Virus record (IMG/VR): IMGVR_UViG_3300049049_000146
Span: 259,216-323,215 of that record
Reading direction: 5' to 3' (one strand)
Source of the DNA: a virus
Lineage: Duplodnaviria > Heunggongvirae > Uroviricota > Caudoviricetes
DNA length: 64,000 bases
Part shown: piece after piece, positions 28,937 through 40,300 of the stretch
How the letters are laid out: each line of letters begins with the position of its first letter
How positions within the stretch are numbered: the stretch's first letter is position 1
Position numbers and translations under genes: made by a program
Notes under the pieces: generated by a model
Database searches by the model: none
Seen by the model: the letters and a program-made list of their open reading frames with translations, nothing else
Told to the model about the DNA's origin: nothing

Positions 28937-30510
28937 TACGCACCACCGTCCTCTACGGGATCAGTACCGTCGAATACATCATCAAGAGCCATGCTGTCTT
29001 CAACCATCGCCATCATGGTAGCAACGTCAAAGGCAGAAAACCCCGCGGTCACAGTCGTAGGCATCGTGAGGTCAATGGACGTCATCGACGCAGTCAACAA
29101 TGTAGCGGCGGGTGAAGTAAAACAGCATTCGAGGTCCGCGAAGAGTGAGGTCTCCGGAACCATCGTGTCGAGACAATGGCCGCCATCAAAACGATCTACG
29201 AGAGGCGTACCAATCCAGCCATCAGAAAGAGGGTCAGCTTCCTCGACGTTGTCTAGAGGAATGCCAGAGTCGAATGGCAGAGCACCAACGTAGCGAACCG
29301 AAATGGACCCCGCAGGAAGTCCCGAGGGTAGAACGAGATAACTCGTGCCGCTCACCAACGAGGCAGAAATGATCGTTGTTGGCGCACCAACTGTAGTCAC
29401 GAGAATCAACGAGTAAGGATTCTGTGATAGTGAAGCGTACGCAGCACCAACAATACCTGTTACCGCGCCAGTAGCGTCAACAGTGAATGCTCCCGCAGCA
29501 AGCACCTCAGCGAATACATCACGACTGTCCAGGCGAGGGCGGCCGAGCGCCGATTCGACGACGACATCGAATGGGTAGCGCCACATGCAGAACGCAAGCT
29601 CAGCCTCGATCGTCAGAGCCACAGAAACAACGATCGGGAGACAGTCCTGAGTTAACAGGCTCGTGATGCTGCACGCGTCGGTCTCGAAATCGAACCCATG
29701 AGACTCGGTCCTACCAAGGTAGGACAAAGAGACCTTCTCGTCGGAAACGGACTTCAACTCGGCAATGTCGTAGCCGAGGTTGTCCATGAGCTTGATGAAC
29801 GCCGCCCAGGTACCAATACAGATATTTGGTGTCCAGACGTGAAACTCGAAACCGCCTTCGTCGTGCGCACCCGAAAACACCGGGTACACTGAAGGCTCGT
29901 ACGTAAACAGATCGACAGTAGTCGGAACCACGAGCGGAGTCGTGTGCGACGCAGCAGCCACGATGTCGTCAACACCGCGTGTCGAGCCAGACTCGTTAAT
30001 CAGCGCGCGAACCGCCATCTTCCCTGCCAACGAACGCATCGAGCGTGTCGGCGGGAGATACTGCTGGAAGTCAATTTGATGCTCGACGCTGCGTAAGGAG
30101 AGTTCGCTGTTCAACTGGTTTTCAGCATCATCGAACTTCACTCCAACATTGAAGAAGTAATCCTCAGCGTACCCCTTCAGAATGGTTGCGTAGTTCGCCG
30201 AAACGACCAGAAGGAGCGCGCTCCCTGCAGCCGAACGAACGTAGATGAAGTTCTTCTTGCTGTGCTGAAGCCTAATTCCAACCTGTTCGGCTTGCGACGT
30301 AAGCGTAATGCTCGTCACAAACGCATCGTTCAGGTAGATCTGAACAACGTCGCCAACATTTCCTTCAATGATGAATGGAGTGGGGTCGAAGCTGTTAGGG
30401 ACAATTACGTCAGCGCGGTGCCACTGATTTCCCGCAGGAATGCTAGCAAGAAGCTCAGCATAGAGCGTCTCGTAAGCAGTCGTTACGGGAATGATGCGCA
30501 GTGCTGCCAT
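28936..30510 (-). CDS. putative baseplate wedge protein
   Basis: Position after the J-like gene; GSTRGVDDIVAA resembles the P2 gpI-type GT..GI..L motif. Confidence 0.5.
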   Translation of the reverse strand: MAALRIIPVTTAYETLYAELLASIPAGNQWHRADVIVPNSFDPTPFIIEGNVGDVVQIYLNDAFVTSITLTSQAEQVGIRLQHSKKNFIYVRSAAGSALLLVVSANYATILKGYAEDYFFNVGVKFDDAENQLNSELSLRSVEHQIDFQQYLPPTRSMRSLAGKMAVRALINESGSTRGVDDIVAAASHTTPLVVPTTVDLFTYEPSVYPVFSGAHDEGGFEFHVWTPNICIGTWAAFIKLMDNLGYDIAELKSVSDEKVSLSYLGRTESHGFDFETDACSITSLLTQDCLPIVVSVALTIEAELAFCMWRYPFDVVVESALGRPRLDSRDVFAEVLAAGAFTVDATGAVTGIVGAAYASLSQNPYSLILVTTVGAPTTIISASLVSGTSYLVLPSGLPAGSISVRYVGALPFDSGIPLDNVEEADPLSDGWIGTPLVDRFDGGHCLDTMVPETSLFADLECCFTSPAATLLTASMTSIDLTMPTTVTAGFSAFDVATMMAMVEDSMALDDVFDGTDPVEDGGA

Positions 30511-30513
30511 GAG

Positions 30514-31011
30514 TTATCCCTGACGGGGACCGAGAGAAAGCTGCGAACGCCTCTCAAAGAAGTACACGAGAATTTCGATGTCGTTCGCTGTTGAAGCCAG
30601 AAGGTCCTCAAGACCCATCGTCAAGTAACCTTCAGTGCGCATTACATCAGCAAGGGCGCGGAACTTTCGACTAAGCGAACGAAGCTCAGTGTAGAACCAC
30701 GTAGCCGTAGCATTCGCGTCTTCTAGTGCAGATTCGAGCGGCGGCCCCAACTGCATCGTTCGTTCGTACACATACATGGCCTGTTCGACCAGCGACACGT
30801 TCTCACGATCGTTGAATTCGGAAAAAGCAGTCAGCCGCTCAGCAAGCTCATCGAGAAGGTCATTGAGTTTCTCGTAAACACGCTTGTAGAGTTCGTGGTC
30901 TGAGTACGCAGTCGGACCAAACACCCGCCAATGCGCAACCTGCGAAGCCATCGAAAAGAAACGAAGCTCCCATACAAGGTGCGAAAGACGCATCAAGTTA
31001 GGCTGGCTCAT
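30514..31011 (-). CDS. dps: Dps/ferritin-like protein
   Basis: HWRVFGPTAYSDHELY...LDELAERL matches the Dps signature HWxxxG..H..F....DxxAER with ferroxidase His/His/Asp/Glu. Confidence 0.8.
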   Translation of the reverse strand: MSQPNLMRLSHLVWELRFFSMASQVAHWRVFGPTAYSDHELYKRVYEKLNDLLDELAERLTAFSEFNDRENVSLVEQAMYVYERTMQLGPPLESALEDANATATWFYTELRSLSRKFRALADVMRTEGYLTMGLEDLLASTANDIEILVYFFERRSQLSLGPRQG

Positions 31012-31214
31012 CGCGGTACGCTCCTAGGAGGAATCATCACAGACTTGCTGGGGTTGCCGGGCGTATCCTCAGCGCCGACACCGACCTCGAAGTCTGGGCG
31101 CTCCTTCTGCTTCGCACCCTGATCGTTCTTGGGCCCGGTGTATACTTCCTGCTCGTCGGTCACCGGAGTTGCGACGCGATCGAAATCAAGGAAACGATGG
31201 GCTCTCTTTCTCAT
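31008..31214 (-). CDS. small hypothetical protein
   Basis: 68 aa, ATGA-coupled at both ends. Confidence 0.6.
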   Translation of the reverse strand: MRKRAHRFLDFDRVATPVTDEQEVYTGPKNDQGAKQKERPDFEVGVGAEDTPGNPSKSVMIPPRSVPR

Positions 31215-32611
31215 CGGCGCACCTGGATAGTGATTAGATCGTCGCGGCTTTCTGGGTACTCGTACGGCTTGAACTCAACGGTCTCTACAGGAATAGTTCC
31301 GGTGAGATCTCGCGTAAATTCAAGGATAGAGATATTCGAGATGCCCGCTACATCAGCAGAAACCTTGGTTCTGAGGTCGTTTGCAGACAGAACCGTCTTG
31401 AATTGATTGCTGTTCAGGAACGAAGAAACCGAAGAGAACGCTGAAGCTGCAGCGTCGGTCTCATCGAAAGAGCTAAGAACCTGAACAAGAATGGTTGTCC
31501 TGATTGCAACAGGTACAGCCTTACGAACCAAAATGTCCGCACGGTACAGCTGGACGGCGATACGATCAGCGTAGTCCTGAACATCACGAATCAGTTTGTC
31601 GTACGCGTACGAAATCGTAACGGTAGAGTTCAATGGCGGGATCGAGTCGAGAATCACCCGGTCATTCGCCTGCGTCGACGTTCGGTACTGCTCCGTAGTG
31701 TCAGGCACGAACGAGAAAGAGACAGAGCTTCCGTCAACCTGCACACCACTCACCGACAAAGCAGGAGACAGCGGAAGCCTGAATTCACGGCGAAGACCAT
31801 CACCTACGTAAGTGATGTCCGTCGTCTCTTCCTTCGAGCCGATGATGTAGATATCCCAGGCGGATCGACGCGTACGACGACGGAAATACTCGTAGTCAGA
31901 ACTGAAGATCATCGCAACGTCGTCGATCGACGATGCGTCGAAGTTACGAATCAGCTGCTGAAGACCCGCACCCGAACCAAGCGCAAGGCCATTGAACTTA
32001 GCGCGGATTCGACGACCGAAGCGAGCATTGTTCTCGACCTCAGTACCGCCCTCTACACGTTCACGGTTGATTACGCCGTCAATTCCTCGAACCTGGCCCT
32101 GAATGTTGACGATACGATTCGGCGGAACCTCGAACAGAGGACCAGAACCAAGTGCTTCCACCGGGACTTTGATTTCGTACCGGCGCGCACTTGCGTTGTA
32201 GAACGACGACAATGACGATCCGAGAATGAATGCGTCGCGCAGCGTGCGGTACGCAATAGTGCTGTCCGTCGTCGTCACCACAGTGCCAGCAGGAATGACA
32301 ACAACCTCATCAGCAGACAATGCGACGTACGTGTAGAAGATCACGTTACCGCGAGCAGCGCGACCCTGGCTCTTACGGATGCCGTGGTTGGCCCCGTACA
32401 GCTGGAGTACCTCAGGATTCCTAGAGAGGACGTAATCAAGGCTGTAGCGTCTGCTCAGATCGTCGTAGAGCAGTTCTACGCTGCGTAGCTGCGCAGCCTG
32501 AGGGCGGATGAAGATGTCGAACACAGGTCCCTTGACCGTGTCGATAGACGAGTCCTGATTCTCGATTGAACGAGCAAGAGACTCTTCGATTTGTCGCAAG
32601 GTTCTTGCCAC
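31211..32611 (-). CDS. baseplate J-like wedge protein
   Basis: IPAGTVVTT...VEALGSG..VPPNRI...GVINRERVEGGTEVENNARFGRRI Baseplate_J pattern. Confidence 0.85.
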   Translation of the reverse strand: MARTLRQIEESLARSIENQDSSIDTVKGPVFDIFIRPQAAQLRSVELLYDDLSRRYSLDYVLSRNPEVLQLYGANHGIRKSQGRAARGNVIFYTYVALSADEVVVIPAGTVVTTTDSTIAYRTLRDAFILGSSLSSFYNASARRYEIKVPVEALGSGPLFEVPPNRIVNIQGQVRGIDGVINRERVEGGTEVENNARFGRRIRAKFNGLALGSGAGLQQLIRNFDASSIDDVAMIFSSDYEYFRRRTRRSAWDIYIIGSKEETTDITYVGDGLRREFRLPLSPALSVSGVQVDGSSVSFSFVPDTTEQYRTSTQANDRVILDSIPPLNSTVTISYAYDKLIRDVQDYADRIAVQLYRADILVRKAVPVAIRTTILVQVLSSFDETDAAASAFSSVSSFLNSNQFKTVLSANDLRTKVSADVAGISNISILEFTRDLTGTIPVETVEFKPYEYPESRDDLITIQVRR

Positions 32612-32619
32612 GGCTGACC

Positions 32620-33114
32620 TCAGAACGGACGAGTGTCGTCCGTTACGATAGAACCAGGAAGGTTAGGCTGCGCGGAATTGAGGAATTGGTGACGGAGGTT
32701 GACGCGGAATGACGAAGGGACCTTGTCGGGGCCCGCCATCGGATGCACGTCGATCCAAAGAATGTAGCCAGTCTGAGAAATCTGAAACACGCGAATCGTC
32801 CCAACCTCTTTGATTGCTTCGAAAGCCGTCAACTGGTCCTGGCGTGTGTTCTGAAGCGCCTGAAGACGGTCAATCGCGTCACGAGCACGTTGCATCAAGA
32901 ACGCCTTGTTGAAGATGCCAAGGACACCAGCACGAACAGGCTGGTCGTTCAAAGAGGCAAGCTCAGAACCAAACTGGCGGTCGGGGTCGTACTCCGTTAA
33001 AAGAGCATCAGCCGTATCTTGCGATAGCTTCTCGATGCCCTCGATGTATTCGGGGCGACCATTGCTCGTCGGCAGATAGATATCTCCGTCAATTTTCTTC
33101 AACGTTTTCGACAT
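32620..33114 (-). CDS. gp25-like baseplate wedge / sheath initiator
   Basis: DGDIY..GRPEYIEGIEKLSQD..ALLTE....FGSEL; directly upstream of the J-like gene. Confidence 0.7.
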   Translation of the reverse strand: MSKTLKKIDGDIYLPTSNGRPEYIEGIEKLSQDTADALLTEYDPDRQFGSELASLNDQPVRAGVLGIFNKAFLMQRARDAIDRLQALQNTRQDQLTAFEAIKEVGTIRVFQISQTGYILWIDVHPMAGPDKVPSSFRVNLRHQFLNSAQPNLPGSIVTDDTRPF

Positions 33115-33115
33115 G

Positions 33116-33658
33116 TTATTCGTACGTAGCTAGAACACGAATCCAGGATTGCAATTCCGACCTAAAGTTCGCGTTGCCTGAAGCTTCCGCCCGAGAGCGA
33201 AGAACGTTCAAGACGGAGTAATTGAATTGATACCGATCGCGCAGTTCCGCCAAGGGGCCGAGGCTGGTATTGATCGCTTCTTGTAGGAGGGAAGTCTCAC
33301 CTACGTCAGTGAATCCCTCGGCAACATTGCTGAACGAGTCGCGAATTTGGTCGTACAGTTCAGTGTAGTTGTCGAAAGCGCGCAACGACTCAGTGTCGTT
33401 ACGAAGTTCCTCTTCAAGAAACTCAGAAAGTAGGTCGGCCCTGTCCTCCAGGTCGTTAGGGTTGTTCTCTAGGATAACCTGGAAGAAGTTTGCGATCTGA
33501 TTCCGAACCGATACGGGGGTCAAGATCAGGAAGATCTCGAATTCCTCGGAGATTTCGCTGGCCGTAGCGGTCAGGGACGAGAAAAGCTCGGGTCGATTAC
33601 CATCACCACGAGCTTGACTTGAGACTCTCTCCGCTTCTTCTGCGGTAAGCGTGCGCAT
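33116..33658 (-). CDS. hypothetical protein (baseplate region)
   Basis: 180 aa, coupled. Confidence 0.7.
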   Translation of the reverse strand: MRTLTAEEAERVSSQARGDGNRPELFSSLTATASEISEEFEIFLILTPVSVRNQIANFFQVILENNPNDLEDRADLLSEFLEEELRNDTESLRAFDNYTELYDQIRDSFSNVAEGFTDVGETSLLQEAINTSLGPLAELRDRYQFNYSVLNVLRSRAEASGNANFRSELQSWIRVLATYE

Positions 33659-35520
33659 TAGCCACCTACTGAGATGTCCGCACCTGCCGTAAACCCTGCG
33701 AGAGCGCGGTCTTGGAGGAGCGAAATCAGCTGGGCTACTTCAGGAGGGGCACAACCACCCGAACCTGAAGTGTCACCAGACGTGTACGAAGATCCCGACG
33801 TGTTCCTCTGCATGAGGTTGAGTCGGAGGCTCAGGCTGAGGCTCACCGAAGACATACGAAGCGAGCGTAGGTTAGCGATCGAGCGGTCGAACAGACTCGT
33901 CATGAAGTCCATCGCCACCTTGATAGCACCCATCGCGTCGATCATCTCGCCTGGAAGCTCAAAACCCTCAGCCTCAAGACGCTCGCTCTGGCATTCCAAA
34001 GCTCCACCACTGAACGAGTTCTGCGAAATGAAGCTCGTCGGTACGAACGAACCCATACAGGAAATCGAGGAAGCACTCGAAAACACCGAGGTGACCGAAT
34101 CAATGTAGCTCTGGATAGAGGCGACCTGCCCCTCTACACGAGAGATGATTGATTCAATCAGACTCACCGTAGAAGATCCGGGAGTTCCAGGAGTACCCGG
34201 CCCGCCAAATCCACCCACGCCAACGGTAATCGAAGCCGACGCTGACGCAGCAGGAGCGCCAAACGCAGGCGAGAAGCCTGAGCCGAACAAGCAATTGAAG
34301 AGGCCGTTGGCCTGGTCGTTGAACACCGTGTTGACGACGTTCTGGAGGTTCGTAAGCTCGTTCAGTGTCTGCGTTACAGTACCTTGAATCTCGTCAAGAA
34401 CCGCCTGCATCACGTCCAGCTGTGCCTGCAGAGCGCCTGCAACCCCTTCAGCAAACTGCTGAGCAGGCCCCGTACTCGCTGCGGAAAACTGCCTGATTGA
34501 GGCAAATGTATCACTGAGTCTGAACGTTTTGTTGATGTCGATTACACCGACAAGTGACGCCGAGGGTGAGGTGAAATCCTGAAATCCTGAAGGGCCCGCA
34601 CCGCCCGAGGACCTCGATAGGGAATCTCGGAGAACTCGCGCGACTTCCAGCGCCGTCGCGTCCAACGAAACAGGACCACGTGCCCGGTCGATAACCGCAT
34701 CAGCGTCGTCCCCAAAGGCACCGCTGACACGAGCGATGTCCATCGGATCGTCGATCTTGTACACGAAGAGGTTTCCTCTCGACGTCAACGAGACCATATC
34801 GACGAATTGGTCATTCGTGAAGCCAAGAAGGCGGGCTTTTGCCCTATTCAGTTCACTCGCTTCAGGGCGGCCGAGCCAAATGATGTAGAGCTTCAACTCG
34901 CTAGCGGGAACACCAGCAGTTAGCGCCGCTCGCGAAATGGGCACGTCGATCCCAGCCGTAACTTCGACTTCGATGACCTTCTCAGGATCACACTTGGATG
35001 CTGCGATCACCGTGCGCTTCATGTACGTCGCAGCGAAAATGAAGCGCCGAGTGAATGTCATCGTACGTCGGTACGAACGCTCAGACCCTGGGTCGATGAC
35101 TACGCCTTCAAGTTCGGGCGTGATCGCTCGAATTCCTTCGAGGCCGCCAACCAAACGGGCCAGAATCTTGATCGGTCGAAGGTCGACCGTACCAGCAGGA
35201 ATGATTCGACCCTCAACTGCAAGCAAACCGAAGCGGTCAGTAAAGGTCGATTCAATATCCTCAGACGTTTCGCCTGTGATCATGCCAGAAGCGTCGATCA
35301 GTGCCTCTGTGCTCGTGTCAGCGATGGCTAAGGTAGCGTCAAGGTCACGACGCAGGGGAACAAGATAGTCAGTCGACAAAGCCGCCGACGTAGCCGCTAC
35401 CTCGCCCAGCAAACGCCGGGTCTCAAGCAGACGCTCGCCTAGTCGCTCCTGATAGGAAATCAGGGCAGCGTCTACGGCGGAATCAATGCGGCAGCGAACG
35501 TACGTCGGCGTAAACGGCAT
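33658..35520 (-). CDS. hypothetical virion protein (baseplate region)
   Basis: 620 aa, coupled. Confidence 0.7.
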   Translation of the reverse strand: MPFTPTYVRCRIDSAVDAALISYQERLGERLLETRRLLGEVAATSAALSTDYLVPLRRDLDATLAIADTSTEALIDASGMITGETSEDIESTFTDRFGLLAVEGRIIPAGTVDLRPIKILARLVGGLEGIRAITPELEGVVIDPGSERSYRRTMTFTRRFIFAATYMKRTVIAASKCDPEKVIEVEVTAGIDVPISRAALTAGVPASELKLYIIWLGRPEASELNRAKARLLGFTNDQFVDMVSLTSRGNLFVYKIDDPMDIARVSGAFGDDADAVIDRARGPVSLDATALEVARVLRDSLSRSSGGAGPSGFQDFTSPSASLVGVIDINKTFRLSDTFASIRQFSAASTGPAQQFAEGVAGALQAQLDVMQAVLDEIQGTVTQTLNELTNLQNVVNTVFNDQANGLFNCLFGSGFSPAFGAPAASASASITVGVGGFGGPGTPGTPGSSTVSLIESIISRVEGQVASIQSYIDSVTSVFSSASSISCMGSFVPTSFISQNSFSGGALECQSERLEAEGFELPGEMIDAMGAIKVAMDFMTSLFDRSIANLRSLRMSSVSLSLSLRLNLMQRNTSGSSYTSGDTSGSGGCAPPEVAQLISLLQDRALAGFTAGADISVGG

Positions 35521-35522
35521 TG

Positions 35523-36119
35523 TCAGACCTGAACAGGCTCCTGAATGGTGATCACGAACTCATACGCACTCTTCGCGTATCCGAGTTCTTGCACGTAACC
35601 ACCAGAAGGAGGCGTGGGGTTGGTCGTCAGCTGACCGGCTGTACCAATGTAGTACACCGTATCAGGCGTAAGAGGAATGAAATTCAATCCAAGGTTCTCG
35701 GTGTACACGAACGAACCAAGGTTTTGAACGCGAGCAGTAGTCGGAGACGGCAACGAAGTCACAACGCCAACGACAGGACCAGTGGTGTACGAAGCATTGC
35801 TTGCGACAGACACGGTATCATTGCTCGAAATGTAGACCCACTCGCCCACGTTGATGGTACCAGACGTGTTGAACAACAACGTCGGGGTGACCGCGGATCC
35901 TTGCTGGCCCAGCTGACCGTAGATCGTGTTGATCTGCGAGTTGAAGTAGGCGTTCGACGGGTTCTGTGTACCAGACAAGGCGTCTGCCCACGCCTGGACA
36001 ACCATGTTGTAGTTCGCGCTGCCGCCATTCTGCAGAGCGGGAACATTCATCTGCGACCGAAGATTCGACTTGATCGCTTCAGCTAGAGTATTCGGGTCGA
36101 TTTCAGGAAACTGCGGCAT
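35523..36119 (-). CDS. hypothetical virion protein
   Basis: Probable start MPQFPEID at 36119; LTPDTVYYIGTAGQLTT..YVQELGYA motif common in virion proteins. Confidence 0.65.
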   Translation of the reverse strand: MPQFPEIDPNTLAEAIKSNLRSQMNVPALQNGGSANYNMVVQAWADALSGTQNPSNAYFNSQINTIYGQLGQQGSAVTPTLLFNTSGTINVGEWVYISSNDTVSVASNASYTTGPVVGVVTSLPSPTTARVQNLGSFVYTENLGLNFIPLTPDTVYYIGTAGQLTTNPTPPSGGYVQELGYAKSAYEFVITIQEPVQV

Positions 36120-36120
36120 G

Positions 36121-37389
36121 TCACAACGCCTTTGTGTTCGTGGTTGTATAGGACTGAAGACAGGTGTCCAGAGCAATAAGATACGTGAAAATCGTGTTCA
36201 GCGGACCGGCGAGAGCAGCCAAAGGCCCCGCCGAGGTGGCCGCTGTAGCTGAGGTGGCTCCCGAAACGAGCGCAGCCCCGCCTACAGACTGCAGAATGTT
36301 ATTGATCGAGTCAGCGTAATAAAGCGTATGCGCCATCGCGCGCTGATCCGTTCCCAACGTAACGCTCGTGCTGTTCATAACGATCGAGTTCTGACCATCC
36401 ATCTTGATGTCATCAGCGCTGATCGTGGCCGTATTCTCTACGTCCATTAGAAGGTTCCGGCCGATGTTGTGCTGCTCGTCGCGGCCCACCGTAATCTTCA
36501 CATCCGTGCGCTCGACGTCGATATTGACGCCGTAGCTCGCATTCGATGGGAGCATTACGTTGACGTTGCCCTCCTCATCAAGCTCAACTAGCGTTTGTTC
36601 TGACTGCACGGTGCCGTACACCGTACGGCTTCGAAGCTTCTTTCCAGTTACGTCAGACTCCATCTCTTCGCCATCATTGTCAATGACGTGACCTTCACGA
36701 TGGTCGACCAGCGTGTACGGGGGAGCCTTGCTTGCGATGTTTCTCAGGTACTCCTTCGCAAATACGCGGCTCGAAGCACCCTCAGGCTGGATTCTCACGT
36801 ACTTGTCCTGCGTCTCATCAGTGGAATTGACGCGCTTGACGACGCCAAAACGAATCTCACTAGAGATTTCGGACACCTCGTTATCGAGTGTACGCTGAAT
36901 GATCGTCGGGGCCTTGGAATTGATCTCCAATTTCTCGACGGACATGATGGACGTCAGAGGCCCGGCACGATGTGAAAGCGTACCTCCCTGTGCCCAGTGC
37001 GTTTGGGCTAGTCCGTTGGAGCTAACATCAATCTCACCTTCCCGAAGGCGACGGTAGTAGAAGTTGTTGTCTCTGTAAGTCGAGTCGATTTGGCCCTGAG
37101 ATGAAGCCTCAGCTACGTAAGCAGAGATGAACGGCTCACCTGAATCTGCGCGAGAGTTCACGATTAGTCGTGTTGCGCGCTCAGGCATGACCCGGATCCA
37201 GCTGCCGGGGCCGAGATACGGGTGAGAAATCGGAATGGTGCGGCCCGAACGAGGGCCCTCGAACGTAATCTGATCACGCTGCGGATTCGTTGAGATAAGC
37301 ACAGCGCCATAAGGGCGCTTCGCGTACTCGACGTCCGTTCCGTGCAACCTTCTTTGGATCTGAACTTCGCGTCCTGCGCTCATATTCAA
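36121..37389 (-). CDS. putative baseplate central spike protein (gp5/gpV-like)
   Basis: Follows the hub; OB-like N-terminus (PYLGPGSWIRVMPE), C-terminal beta repeats (ITVGRDEQHNIGRNLLMDV). Confidence 0.6.
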   Translation of the reverse strand: MNMSAGREVQIQRRLHGTDVEYAKRPYGAVLISTNPQRDQITFEGPRSGRTIPISHPYLGPGSWIRVMPERATRLIVNSRADSGEPFISAYVAEASSQGQIDSTYRDNNFYYRRLREGEIDVSSNGLAQTHWAQGGTLSHRAGPLTSIMSVEKLEINSKAPTIIQRTLDNEVSEISSEIRFGVVKRVNSTDETQDKYVRIQPEGASSRVFAKEYLRNIASKAPPYTLVDHREGHVIDNDGEEMESDVTGKKLRSRTVYGTVQSEQTLVELDEEGNVNVMLPSNASYGVNIDVERTDVKITVGRDEQHNIGRNLLMDVENTATISADDIKMDGQNSIVMNSTSVTLGTDQRAMAHTLYYADSINNILQSVGGAALVSGATSATAATSAGPLAALAGPLNTIFTYLIALDTCLQSYTTTNTKAL

Positions 37390-40300
37390 CCTTCACGACT
37401 ACGATACGTCGCTTCTGCCATCTCTCTTGTAAGTCTGGCCTGATCCGGAAGGGGCTCACCAGGCTGACGAGGGACATTCCCTTCATATCGCTCAGGAGGA
37501 CAGGTATCAGGAGCAACCGCCCCAGAGAAGAGCGCCTTCTGGCGATCCCTCTGCGCAGTGTATTCCTCAAGTTCCGCCAGCGTACGCTCGTTCCTACGAA
37601 TCACAGCGTCACGTGCTTGCTGCTGTCTACGCAGGCGGACGCCAGTAGCTGATGAATCAACTTCAGGCACAGGCTCCGTCGTAAATCTGCGGGGCTCGGC
37701 AGGCAAACGCAACGCGGGAATGCCCTTGAGACCCCAATCACGGTAGTAGGCTTGCAGCGAAATCACGTCAGTTCGGCTCGGCTCTCGTGCCGCAGGATTC
37801 GTAGCATCGGAGAACGGGTCAGCCTGCGGCACCGGACTGTAGAACAGGAACGTGCGAGGGAGCACGAAATTACCGTCACGACGCGGAAGGAACGTAAGAT
37901 CGAAACGCTGCGCAAGCTCGGGGCTGATCGTCGCCATCGAAATGGTAGCGCTGCCTACGCCGTTAACCAAACGCTGACCCGCGGTGACGGCAGAGGCACT
38001 AACGTCGACCAACGTGGCGCGAAGTCTGGTGACCTCGGGGAATTGAGAGGGGACGTAGCGATCGTACGTCGGAGAATACTTGATGACCGCTGTCTCGAAG
38101 TGAATATGGGTCATCGTTTCCCGGCGCTCTGTGCCGGAGAATCCACAGTACGAAATGACTTGGTGTCTTTTAACAGCAGCACCAAGCTCGATTTCGTCAG
38201 CCAGACGCCGCTGATGTCGATAGAATGTGCAGAACCCGCCCTTGTGGATGAGTCCGACACCCATACCCTGGCCGTCGCCGTCCTCAGGTGAAATGTAGAA
38301 GACGACACCGTCAGCAACTGCGTAGACTGGTTCGTCGAGATCCATCGGAATATCAACGCCAGGATGCCACCCACCGCTACGCGCACCGAAAGGTGACGTT
38401 ACAATGCGAGGGAATTCTCCCGCAAACTGCCACGTACCCACGCCACGCGGAATCTGGTCATCGGGAAGACGACCTTCAGCGTAGCTTTCAAGCACACGAC
38501 GACGTTGTCCCGACTGAATCGCGCTGCGGAACGCGGCCCACAGCGGATACGTACGACGAGCAGCACCTGTAGGGGCGCTGAAAAGGTCAGGATCGCCTGG
38601 GTAGCAGGGTGGACCAGGATCTTCCGGGCCCTGCGGGTCAGAATCGCGCTCGCTCTCGTCAAGAGGCTGCACGGTTGAGCGCACGCCGGTAACTCCGACG
38701 TCAGGACGTACGCCTGCGCTTGCGCTTCGAGACGTGCGAGGTTCGATTCCTGAGTCGCGCAGCGACTGAAGAACCTCGTCGGCCTGAGCACGCAGGTCGC
38801 GCAAGGCTTCCTGTCGTTCAGACTCAGACATTGACCCCGCAGAAGTCATCAGTTCAGCTACGCGTGCGTCCAACTCACGGAGAGCAATGATGCGCTCGTC
38901 CTCTTCACCCTCAGGGCGAGTACGCTCACCTTGGAACGAGGCAGCCAACACGTTGTACGTATCCTGCCTATTCGGCAGAATTGCGTTGTAGTGCTCGCGA
39001 AGCTCACGGAACTGCTCTGCGGTAACGCTGCCGCCCTCTGACTGAAGAGATTGGATGGCGCTACGGAACTCGTTCACCCGCTCCTGAATCGTTTGCAGGA
39101 CCTGCCCGTCGCCTCCTACACGCTGGCCGAAGTACATCGGCTGAGAAGGGCCGCCTGTAATGAACCTAGGCACGCCAAGCTCATCAAAAGAACGACTGTA
39201 GTTCAGCGTGATGTTCATCGTGGGTGGGCTGTGACCCACGCCAGCGCCGTTCGTAACAGGAAGCTGCCAGCTGACGTTCTCAACCAGCGCAAAGCGATCT
39301 CGGTACTTGTTGAATACGGGCTTGTTGATCAGAAGCCACGGACGGAAAGCAATCTGAATCTGATAGCGGTCGGCTGCTGCAAGCAACTTTTGAAATTCGA
39401 GCGAAGCAAGCTGGTTGAGTCGGTCCTGGTTGACGATTTGCGGGAAGCTACGCACGCGAACGTTCAATCCGTGCCTAGAAGCCATGGAAGGCGACCAGAT
39501 ACCGACCGAATTCGGGATGAATCGTCCGAAACTCTCGGGGTCCGACACGTCTGCTCGACCGGTATAAGACCCGTTAACCACCACAGCGGTAACGACTTCG
39601 CCGCCTTCCTCGTCAAAGCTCTCGTTCTTGAGATGGTGGTCTAGCGTCAGAACCTCCTGCCACGGACCATAATCCCGTGGATTGAAGTCGTACTGCGCGA
39701 ATTCAAAGATGAGGTCGCCTGCTCCGCTGACCCAGAAGCGATAATCAACAGTCTCACAAGCGTCCACGATCAACTGAAGACGTGTAGTCCAGTTGTGATT
39801 CTGAGCAACAGCCTGACCTGCGATAGTCGCCATTTCCCAGATCAAATCACCAAAAGGTGTGTCGATACCGGGAAGGGCCATATGAACTGCCTGCGCATCA
39901 GGCTGCCACAAGCCTTCGCGGCGCGTCTGGCGACCAGCGGCGTGTACTTCACGCTCTCTCCAGTAGCGACGATAAACCGCGCTGTGATCTACAGGAGAGT
40001 CCTGTACCTCACCCGTACGTGAAATAGGCTCGTGCCTACGAGGTGACGAGAAGAAACAGAGGTTGTACCAGCGCGCCCACCACCTACGAACAGTCGAATC
40101 GTCACGAACGGAGGGGTAGTAGCATTCGTGCATGTACGAACGAGGAGGATCCGTAGGGACCGCTTCGTCGTCGTAAGGGAATACACCCGGACGCATACGG
40201 CCGATACGCCCTGAACCGTTCGACTGCACTCGACGATATTCGATGCGCTGCGAAGCCACACCTGAAACGTCGGATTCGCTGGTCCCTGGGGGAGCAACTG

